Assembly (NCBI GenBank): GCA_965267575.1
Contig: OZ254086.1
Location: 512,001-576,000 of the forward strand
Length of the DNA stretch: 64,000 bases
Reading direction: 5' to 3'
Origin: Calditrichales bacterium
GTDB taxonomy: Bacteria; Calditrichota; Calditrichia; Calditrichales; J004
Position 1 is the first letter of the stretch; every line of letters starts with the position of its first letter. The notes beneath the pieces were generated by a model that made no database searches, was not told where the DNA came from, and saw nothing but the letters and a program-made list of their open reading frames with translations. The position numbers were made by a program, and so were the translations under genes. Below are positions 56,505 to 64,000 of the stretch, piece by piece.

Positions 56505-57737
56505 TTAATCTTTTGTTTTGCCGAACAAATGGCCCATCTTTTCGGCCTTGGTTTGCAAATATCGCAGATTATTTTCATTGGGACAAATTTCAATCGGCAC
56601 ACGCTCAACCACTTCCAGGCCATAGCCCTTCAATCCCACTATTTTTTTTGGATTGTTGGTCATTAGTCGCAATTTTTTAACACCGACATCACTGAGTATT
56701 TGCGCACCGATGCCGTAATCGCGCAGGTCCGGCTTAAAGCCCAGAATTTCATTGGCCTCCACTGTATCTTTGCCTTTCTCCTGCAGCGAATAGGCCAGCA
56801 GCTTGTTAACCAGCCCAATGCCGCGACCCTCCTGGCGCATATACAGGATGACACCTTTGCCCACTTTTTCGATCATCTGCATGGCTGTAGCCAGCTGTTC
56901 GCCGCAATCGCAGCGCAAAGAGCCAAACACATCGCCGGTCAGACATTCCGAATGCACGCGCACAAGTGTCGGCTCATCGGAATGGATTTCGCCTTTTACG
57001 AGCGCCACATGGTGTTCCAGCGGATTAACCTTGCTTTCGTAACTGTAGAGCTTGAAATCACCATAACGGGTGGGCATATCCACAACCACCTTGCGTGTAA
57101 CCAGCTTTTCCCGATGGCGGCGGTAAGCAATCAGATCGGCAATAGTAATCAACTTAAGATCATGCTTTTTGCAGAAATTGGAGAGCTGTTCCACGCGGGC
57201 CATGCTGCCGTCTTCGGACATGATCTCACACAGAACGCCACTGGCCTGCAAACCGGCCAGTCTTGCCAGGTCCACAGCCGCTTCGGTGTGGCCGGCCCGA
57301 CGCAGCACGCCTCCACGCCGCGCTACCAGCGGAAAAATGTGTCCCGGGCGCGCCAGATCTTCAGGGCGCGTTGCCGGATCTACCATGGACTGAATGGTGC
57401 TGGCACGGTCATGCGCGGAGATGCCCGTCGTTGTACCATATTTGTAATCCACCGTTACCGTAAACGGCGTTTGGTGCAAAGCGGTATTCTGGCTAACCAT
57501 AAAATCCAGCTCCAGCTCGTGGGCGCGTTCCTCGGTAATGGCCACACAAAGCATACCCCGTGCTTCGCGCGTGATAAAATTGACATCCTGCGGTTTCACC
57601 ATCTCCGAGGCCATGATCAGATCGCCTTCGTTTTCGCGATCGGCATCATCCACAACCACAACCATTTTGCCATTGCGGATCTCTTCCAGCGCTTCGGCTA
57701 TCGTGGCAAATTTTCTGCTGTCCGCTTTTTCAACCAT
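56505..57737 (-). CDS. ribBA: Bifunctional DHBP synthase / GTP cyclohydrolase II
   Basis: [44 protein letters not shown]. Confidence 0.98.
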   Translation of the reverse strand: MVEKADSRKFATIAEALEEIRNGKMVVVVDDADRENEGDLIMASEMVKPQDVNFITREARGMLCVAITEERAHELELDFMVSQNTALHQTPFTVTVDYKYGTTTGISAHDRASTIQSMVDPATRPEDLARPGHIFPLVARRGGVLRRAGHTEAAVDLARLAGLQASGVLCEIMSEDGSMARVEQLSNFCKKHDLKLITIADLIAYRRHREKLVTRKVVVDMPTRYGDFKLYSYESKVNPLEHHVALVKGEIHSDEPTLVRVHSECLTGDVFGSLRCDCGEQLATAMQMIEKVGKGVILYMRQEGRGIGLVNKLLAYSLQEKGKDTVEANEILGFKPDLRDYGIGAQILSDVGVKKLRLMTNNPKKIVGLKGYGLEVVERVPIEICPNENNLRYLQTKAEKMGHLFGKTKD

Positions 57738-58381
57738 TATTCAAATCCCATTTGCTTTATTTTTTCCATAGAGAGTGGTGAACCCTGCCCGCCATAGGCG
57801 CTTAACATTTTAGACACGTACTTGGCAATCAGGTCCACCTCTACATTCATCAAATCGCCTATCCGCAAAGAAGCCAGATTAGTGTTTTTCCACGTATGCG
57901 GAATGATGTTGATCCCGACATCGCTGCCGTGGAGGCGGGCGATGGTCAGGCTGATACCATCCAGCGCAATCGAACCTTCACCAATTAAGAAAGGTTGCAG
58001 GGCATCGGGCACTTTTACGTCCAGCGCCCAGTTTTCGCCAAGCTGCTCTATGCGTGTGATCGGGGCCGTGGTACTTACGTGTCCCTGAACAAGGTGACCA
58101 CCCAGGCGATCCTGCAGACGCATGGCACGCTCCAGGTTGACCGGGCTGCCTTCTTTTTTCTGACCAATGCTGCTTTTCTGCAACGTTTCCGCTACCGCGT
58201 CCACCCAGAAACCGGCGGATTCCACCTTCGTGGCGGTAAGGCACACGCCGTTTACGGCAACACTGTCATCAACGGTAAGATCATCGGTGATCGTTTTGCA
58301 GGAGATAAAAATACGCTTACCCCCGGCAATCGGATTGATCCGGGTTATTTTTCCTACTTCTTCAATAAGTCCTGTAAACAT
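57737..58381 (-). CDS. ribE: Riboflavin synthase (alpha chain)
   Basis: [30 protein letters not shown]. Confidence 0.97.
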   Translation of the reverse strand: MFTGLIEEVGKITRINPIAGGKRIFISCKTITDDLTVDDSVAVNGVCLTATKVESAGFWVDAVAETLQKSSIGQKKEGSPVNLERAMRLQDRLGGHLVQGHVSTTAPITRIEQLGENWALDVKVPDALQPFLIGEGSIALDGISLTIARLHGSDVGINIIPHTWKNTNLASLRIGDLMNVEVDLIAKYVSKMLSAYGGQGSPLSMEKIKQMGFE

Positions 58382-58422
58382 ACGCTAATCTACAAATTAA
58401 AAATGACGATTTCTGCCCGTTT

Positions 58423-59517
58423 TTATGCTTTTTTCGGATAATATCGTAACCAGATGTCTTCACCGCAAAGACACTGCTCCTGCAGATGGAGAATTTTGCG
58501 CTCAGCCGGCGGCCATGTGGACAGCCCTTTTCCCATAAGCCGCGGCGCCATAAAAACGTCAAGAGAGTTAAAACAGTCACCACTCAGAAAAGAGCCAAAC
58601 ACCTTTGCTCCTCCTTCAACAAGGACGGAATTTATATTATTTTGCGCCAGCAGGCTCAGGGCGGCAGCCAGATCAACGCGTCCCGATTTCTCGGCTTCTG
58701 TCTCCAGGCACCTTACACCGGCGTGTTCAAATGTTCGTATTTTGTTTTTATCGGCAAGCGCGCCATGCATAATCCAGGTTTCTCCGGGCAGCTCGCCGCT
58801 AAAAATGCGTGATCGCGGATTGCTGCTAAGCTCACTGTCCAGAACGATGCGCAAAGGTGAACGGCCGGGAAACGCGCGCACCGTCAATTGCGGGTTGTCG
58901 GCATTTACCGTGCCCCGCCCTACCAAAACAGCCATGTGCTCCAGCCGTAATCTCTGCACCTGCTCGCGCGCTGCTGCACCGGTGATGACCGTCGGGCGGT
59001 CCGGCATCTCGCTGATTTTCCCATCCAGCGTAAGGGCAATTTTCAGCGTCACCCACGGTGATCGCTTTTCCATCCAGTGAAAAAAGAAACGGTTCAGCTT
59101 GCGGCCTTCTTCACTAAGCACGTTCGCCACAACCTCAATGCCCGCTTTGCGCATTTCCCCGATCGATTTGCCGGCCACCGCCGGATTTGGGTCGCTGTTG
59201 GATAAAACCACGCGCCGTATTGGGCTTTGCAGCACAAGCGGCAGACAGGGAGGTGTCTTTTTGTTACGGTGGCAGCAGGGTTCCAGGTTACAGTAAAGGG
59301 TGGCGCCCGTAAGGTTAACATTTTTTTCCGCGGCCAAACGGAAAGCGTTGGCCTCGGCATGGGCCTCTCCATAGCTTTCATGCCAGCCCTCCGCCAATAT
59401 TTCATCGCCGCGGGCTATAACACAGCCGACAAGGGGATTGGGATCCACGCGACCGATGCCCTGCCTGGCCAGCTCGAAACAGCGCCGCATAAAGCGCTCA
59501 TCCCGCGACCGGCTCAT
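58423..59517 (-). CDS. ribD: Bifunctional pyrimidine deaminase/reductase RibD
   Basis: PNPLVG, HAE, LEPCCH..PPC, DNPQLTVR, VEGG. Confidence 0.96.
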   Translation of the reverse strand: MSRSRDERFMRRCFELARQGIGRVDPNPLVGCVIARGDEILAEGWHESYGEAHAEANAFRLAAEKNVNLTGATLYCNLEPCCHRNKKTPPCLPLVLQSPIRRVVLSNSDPNPAVAGKSIGEMRKAGIEVVANVLSEEGRKLNRFFFHWMEKRSPWVTLKIALTLDGKISEMPDRPTVITGAAAREQVQRLRLEHMAVLVGRGTVNADNPQLTVRAFPGRSPLRIVLDSELSSNPRSRIFSGELPGETWIMHGALADKNKIRTFEHAGVRCLETEAEKSGRVDLAAALSLLAQNNINSVLVEGGAKVFGSFLSGDCFNSLDVFMAPRLMGKGLSTWPPAERKILHLQEQCLCGEDIWLRYYPKKA

Positions 59518-60197
59518 TGTTCTACCTTTTCCGCATCCGGCACGAAAATGCGATCCAAACCGAAAATAAGCGACAAAAAGTTGCTGAGCAGAAAGCCGGT
59601 TACCCCCCAGATGATGTCATCGTTAAAATAATAATAGTGTATTTTCCAGCGGTAGCCGTGGCGCGTAAGCTGTTGGATACGGAAGGAGTCTTCGCGCAAA
59701 AGATGCAGGAGCGGCACTTCTATCAAGCGCTCGATTTCCGCTTCGTTAACGACGTAGGGGAAAGGATGCTCAAAAAGGCCCACGTAGGGTGTAACCAGAA
59801 AATGGGTATTGGTAAGGTAGGTGTCGGTTTCGCCCAGGATGTGCAGTTTTCTGATTCCGACTTCTTCCTCTGTTTCGCGTAATGCGGTGTGCAAGAGGTT
59901 TTCGTCTTCTGGATCGCGCCTGCCCCCGGGAAAAGAGATCTGCCCTTTGTGCGTGCCCACGCTGTCCGTGCGTTTTGTAAAAAGCAGGTGTGCCTCTCCT
60001 TCTTTAAAAAAAAGCGGGATCAGAACCGCGGCGGGCGTACCGCGCACTTCGCGAAAAACATATTTTTGCGGATTGTGGTCGTTGAGAGTGGAAGTGATAT
60101 GTTGAATGAGTTGGTCGCGGTTACGGCAGAGGGTTTCCCAATGCTTTATATCATTTTCACCATTAGCTGAATTCTTCATCTCGGATGTCATAGTCAT
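59514..60197 (-). CDS. Nudix hydrolase, CoA pyrophosphatase (NudL-like)
   Basis: AAVL, LLFTKR..H.GQISFPGG, Nudix box ALRETEEEVG, IWGVT. Start may be the ATG at 60179. Confidence 0.9.
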   Translation of the reverse strand: MTMTSEMKNSANGENDIKHWETLCRNRDQLIQHITSTLNDHNPQKYVFREVRGTPAAVLIPLFFKEGEAHLLFTKRTDSVGTHKGQISFPGGRRDPEDENLLHTALRETEEEVGIRKLHILGETDTYLTNTHFLVTPYVGLFEHPFPYVVNEAEIERLIEVPLLHLLREDSFRIQQLTRHGYRWKIHYYYFNDDIIWGVTGFLLSNFLSLIFGLDRIFVPDAEKVEQ

Positions 60198-61515
60198 CGA
60201 TCTTATTGTACAGCGAGCGCCTTGAGATACCGAGCATTTCGGCGGCGCGTAGTTTGTTGCCCTTGGCCATGCGCAGCGTTTTGATGATGGACTCGCGCTC
60301 GATTTCCGGTAAAGGCGTTCCGGCCGGAAAACGTATTTCGTGGCCGGGCAGCATCCCCTTGTGCAGCGTTTCGGGTAAATTCTTTTTCTGGATTGTCTCC
60401 CTGGCCGAGATCATGGAACGCAAAACGGCGTTACGTAATTCTCGAATGTTGCCGGGCCATGGAAACTCCTGCAAAACCTGCATCGCATCATCACTGAAAT
60501 TGCGCACATTCTTGCCATACTGGCGGTTAAAGCGGTCGAGGAAATAATTGGCGATTAGCGGGATGTCTTCTTTTCGTTCGTTCAGCGGCGGCAGTTCGAT
60601 GCTGTAGACATTAAGCCTGTAATAAAGGTCTTCGCGGAATTTTCCGGCCGTGATCATATCCTGCATGTTTTCGTTGGTGGCCGTCAGCACGCGCACATCC
60701 ACCTTTATTTCACTGCCGCCCCCTACGCGCTGGATGGTGTTTGTTTCCAAAACACGCAGCAGAGCAATCTGCACCTGCTCGCTCATCGAGCTGATTTCGT
60801 CAAGGAACAGCGTACCGCCGTCGGCTTCTTCAAATTTGCCTTTTTTGCGTTCTACGGCCCCGGTAAAGGCGCCCTTCTCATGCCCGAACAGCTCGGAGCT
60901 GATAAGGTCTTTGGGTATGGCCCCGGTGTTTACAGCAACAAAACCGTTTTCCTTCCGGCCGGAGGCGTGGTGAATAGCCCGCGCCACTAACTCTTTGCCC
61001 GTGCCGCTGGCGCCGTAGATCAGAACCGGCACATCAATTTTTGCGATCTCGTTAATTTTCTTTACCACGTTGCGGATAGGACGCGACTTGCCCACGATCT
61101 CATCAAAATGGACATAACGGCCGGGCACGGCAGCCATTTCTGCGTTGGCCGAGGGGCGATCGAGCACGCGGGCGATTATTTCTTTAAGCTTTACGGGGTC
61201 CACCGGCTTGGGCACATAGTCCACAGCGCCAAGGTGCACCGCTTCCACGGCGTGCTCAATGGAGCTGAAGCCGGTTACCATGATAACTTTCAGAAGCGGA
61301 TCGAAGTCATTGATCATTTTCAACAACTCCATGCCATCCACTTCCTGCATTTTAAAATCGGTAATAATCAGATCGTAATTATGCTGGCGGATCATTTCCA
61401 TGGCGGGCATGGCGGCCTCGGCTTCATCCACGTTGTAGCCGTGGGCCTGCAGCAGAAGCACCATCCCTTCACGGTGCGAGCGGTCATCATCAATTACAAG
61501 AATTCGTGCTTTCAT
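60163..61515 (-). CDS. Sigma-54-dependent response regulator (NtrC family: REC-AAA-Fis HTH)
   Basis: VIDDD, ITDFKM, GASGTGKE, SELFGHEKGAFTGA, LFLDE, WPGNIREL, AAEMLGISRRSLY. Confidence 0.95.
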   Translation of the reverse strand: MKARILVIDDDRSHREGMVLLLQAHGYNVDEAEAAMPAMEMIRQHNYDLIITDFKMQEVDGMELLKMINDFDPLLKVIMVTGFSSIEHAVEAVHLGAVDYVPKPVDPVKLKEIIARVLDRPSANAEMAAVPGRYVHFDEIVGKSRPIRNVVKKINEIAKIDVPVLIYGASGTGKELVARAIHHASGRKENGFVAVNTGAIPKDLISSELFGHEKGAFTGAVERKKGKFEEADGGTLFLDEISSMSEQVQIALLRVLETNTIQRVGGGSEIKVDVRVLTATNENMQDMITAGKFREDLYYRLNVYSIELPPLNERKEDIPLIANYFLDRFNRQYGKNVRNFSDDAMQVLQEFPWPGNIRELRNAVLRSMISARETIQKKNLPETLHKGMLPGHEIRFPAGTPLPEIERESIIKTLRMAKGNKLRAAEMLGISRRSLYNKIDDYDIRDEEFS

Positions 61516-61621
61516 AAAATTTGTGTTTTTTCTCCCTGATGCGTTTTCGGCGCAAAAGCCTTTAAGTTAAATGCAAATAATGTGTTAAGTAAAGGCCGGC
61601 CCGGCTGGCAAAGCACCAATA

Positions 61622-62263
61622 TTAAGCGCGCCGGATGCGGTAAATGGTGACCCGTATCTCATGTCCGTCCTGCAAAACATGTATGTCGTTGCTGCGATAG
61701 CAAAATCCGCTCAGGCTTAATTTGCCAAAAAAGCTCCGCGCAACCGTGCGGTTGGGTTCAGCCAGCAATACTTCCCCACCTTCACTGAGGTGGCGCCGGA
61801 AAAGATCAACAAGCGGCTCAAAAAAGCGCTGCTCATAGGCCACGTCGCTGGCCACGATAAGCGGGAAGCGGCGTTCCAGCTCAGGCAGGCGCCAATCCAG
61901 CAGGCGCAGCTCCGGCACGGGCAATTTGTTATGTTCAAAATTACGCGCCGTTACATCCAGGGCTGCTTGCTCGTAATCGGTTGCAATTACAGAAGAGGGA
62001 TTGCAGCGTGCCAGCGCCATCGTGGTGAGGCCGAGGCCGCACCCCAGTTCCAATACATCGCGGCCGTTGATGAGCTGCGGATTTTGCAAAACAAAAAGGC
62101 TCATGGCCCGTGCGCAGGGCCACAGCTCCGCCCAGTATGGCAGGCGCTCGTCCTCGTTAAACAGGTCATCGCTAACCTCGTCAACCAGTTCGTCCAGGTT
62201 TTTGGCGCGCTCAACGCGAAAATGACGCCCGCCAATATCCACGGTATCAATGTATGACTTCAC
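61622..62263 (-). CDS. Class I SAM-dependent methyltransferase (METTL21/family-16-like)
   Basis: PYWAELWP, VLELGCGLG, ATDY, LDW, ASDVAY. Confidence 0.88.
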   Translation of the reverse strand: MKSYIDTVDIGGRHFRVERAKNLDELVDEVSDDLFNEDERLPYWAELWPCARAMSLFVLQNPQLINGRDVLELGCGLGLTTMALARCNPSSVIATDYEQAALDVTARNFEHNKLPVPELRLLDWRLPELERRFPLIVASDVAYEQRFFEPLVDLFRRHLSEGGEVLLAEPNRTVARSFFGKLSLSGFCYRSNDIHVLQDGHEIRVTIYRIRRA

Positions 62264-62264
62264 A

Positions 62265-63407
62265 TTATTTCCCGTTGTCTAAAAAGGCGATTATTTCTCC
62301 GGCGGCGCGGTCGCTGGCACCGGGCTCGCCGAGTTTACGGCGTATGGTTTTTAGCTGCTGACGCGCTTCTTTATTGGCTTGAGGCTGCAGCAACCTGTGC
62401 AGTTCATCCGCGAGTGACGCTGCGTAGAGATCATCCTGGATAAGCTCTTTGGCTACCTGCTGCTCGGCAACAATATTGGCCAGACCGATAAACGGTACTT
62501 TAACCAGCATGCGCCCCAGCCAGTAGGTGAGCAGACTGACATGATAAACGATCACCATGGGCACGGCATAAAAAGCGCACTCCAGCGTGGCGGTGCCGGA
62601 GGCGACGGCCACAGCATCATAATGCGGCAGCACCTCGCGCAGGTTGGCCTTTTTCAAGGTTATAAATTCATCGTCGCCGCTGCTAAAAAACGAGCGGTAA
62701 AAGCTTTCTTCTATGTGCTCTACCCGGATGATCTCAACACGGTCCAGGTCGGAGGCGTTGCGCAGGCGGCGGACACTTTCCAGCATGGTAGGCAACAGCA
62801 GGCGCACTTCCTGCTTGCGGCTGCCGGGCAACAGCCCGACGATTACGTTGCCGGGTTGAGGTGTTTTCGTCTGTTCCGGCAAATGGCGGGTATGTTTGTC
62901 AACCAGCGGGTGTCCCACATAGTGCGCTTCGATGCCGTAATCTGCGTAAAATTTTTGTTCAAAGGGAAAAAGGACCAGCATAAGGTCCACGTCACGTTGG
63001 ATTTTGTGGATGCGGCCGCGCCCCCAGGCCCACAATTGCGGACTAATGTAATACACCACCGGGATACCGATTTTTTTCAGCCGTGCAGCCAGGCGCAGGT
63101 TGAAGCCGGGGTAGTCAACAAGGATGACGCAGGCAGGACGCTCTTTGCGGGCCCATTCCACAATCGTACGCATTACGCGGCGAATAAACGGCAGATGTCG
63201 CAACACCTCGGCGATACCCAGAAAAGCCATATCGCGCACATGGTAAAACAGCTCCATGCCGCATTCCTGCAGGTCATCGCCGCCAATACCGTGAAAAGTA
63301 AATGCCTTTTCGGATTGTTGCATGGCCTTCACCAGTTCCGCGGCGTGATGGTCGCCGGAGACTTCGCCGGCAATAATTAAAATTTTATCGGACACCCTAT
63401 GCTCCAC
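62265..63407 (-). CDS. lpxB: Lipid-A-disaccharide synthase
   Basis: AGEVSGD, VDYPGFN, SPQLWAW, VGHP, LPGSR, SGTATLE. Confidence 0.96.
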   Translation of the reverse strand: MEHRVSDKILIIAGEVSGDHHAAELVKAMQQSEKAFTFHGIGGDDLQECGMELFYHVRDMAFLGIAEVLRHLPFIRRVMRTIVEWARKERPACVILVDYPGFNLRLAARLKKIGIPVVYYISPQLWAWGRGRIHKIQRDVDLMLVLFPFEQKFYADYGIEAHYVGHPLVDKHTRHLPEQTKTPQPGNVIVGLLPGSRKQEVRLLLPTMLESVRRLRNASDLDRVEIIRVEHIEESFYRSFFSSGDDEFITLKKANLREVLPHYDAVAVASGTATLECAFYAVPMVIVYHVSLLTYWLGRMLVKVPFIGLANIVAEQQVAKELIQDDLYAASLADELHRLLQPQANKEARQQLKTIRRKLGEPGASDRAAGEIIAFLDNGK

Positions 63408-63468
63408 AGACAGAAAGAGGTAAAGTTAGGAGATAAAATGCTGGCAGGCAACGCGGCGGGCGCAGGAA

Positions 63469-64000
63469 TTATTCGTAAAGCAGACCGGCAACGTAGCCGC
63501 TAACGGACTCTTTGCTGCCGCCGGTATCACCGGAGTTACGGTATAGTAAAACTTTAGATTTTGTGGCGCCCAGGTTGCGGCAAACACGCATAGCTGTTAC
63601 CACGGCGCCGCCGCCGTCCATTTCCAGCTGGCCCTTCTGGAAGTCATCATTCAGGCCTTCATCGTCAAAATGGTTGATATAGTTGATGGCGGCTTTATCT
63701 TCGCTGTTGGCTTTGCCGTAGCTCAATCCGGACGAGAGGTTAGATGAGGCTACGATAAATACGTTCTTCTTTTGGCACGCTTTAGTAAGAGCATCGCTCA
63801 GAATTTCAATATTTTCGGTGTCCTGGTTGCCCATAATGATCGGAACGACGGAAAAATCGTAGAGTACATGTTGCAGGAAAGGAAGCTGCACTTCCACGCC
63901 CTGCTCCTCCGCTTCGTGACCAAGTGAAGATGAGATTAATTTTGGGTGATGCTGGGTTATTTCACGCACCAGCTCTTTATCCACGCGGACTTCGCCCAAA
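63469..64000 (-). CDS. AmmeMemoRadiSam protein B / MEMO1-family protein (5' end outside window; signature residues substituted)
   Basis: GEVRVD, EVQLPFLQ, VVPIIMG, IVASS, YRNSGD, VSGY. Confidence 0.82.
   Translation of the reverse strand, partial: LGEVRVDKELVREITQHHPKLISSSLGHEAEEQGVEVQLPFLQHVLYDFSVVPIIMGNQDTENIEILSDALTKACQKKNVFIVASSNLSSGLSYGKANSEDKAAINYINHFDDEGLNDDFQKGQLEMDGGGAVVTAMRVCRNLGATKSKVLLYRNSGDTGGSKESVSGYVAGLLYE

Noticed and set aside
56700-57797. 365-aa plus-strand ORF
   Set aside because: Antisense to ribBA.

Overview
Gene-dense bacterial window (about 45 credible CDSs; no rRNA, tRNA, CRISPR array or intact transposase seen) from a diderm, lipid-A-making organism. FlgD/Por-type C-terminal sorting domains and a PorZ-like protein suggest an FCB-group or Calditrichota-like lineage (inference). 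Left to right: the end of a surface-glycan cluster (epimerase, beta-propeller glycosidase-like protein, sulfotransferase), an M1 peptidase, small accessory genes, yajQ and gcvP. A tightly coupled four-gene operon follows (15.9-23.3 kb): a membrane-anchored STAND-like ATPase with a periplasmic tail, an outer-membrane beta-barrel, a stand-alone STAND-like ATPase, and a Ser/Thr kinase-adenylate cyclase-STAND ATPase fusion. This is the best candidate for an undescribed trans-envelope signalling system. Next come an amidohydrolase, a CDF transporter and a 2868-aa permuted glutamate-synthase-like megaprotein fused to an FAD-linked oxidoreductase and Fe-S modules (second-best candidate). An AT-rich pair of secreted-protein genes bracketed by ~95-bp direct repeats precedes a long minus-strand housekeeping run: metK, PGI/PMI, mannose-family PTS, TPP-II-like protease, Mrp, recN, PorZ-like, ribH/BA/E/D, Nudix, NtrC-type regulator, lpxB and a degenerate MEMO. 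Intergenic spaces in the left two-thirds hold several families of REP-like palindromes and short tandem repeats, some assembled into recurring composite elements. All calls come from reading motifs by eye; no searches were run.
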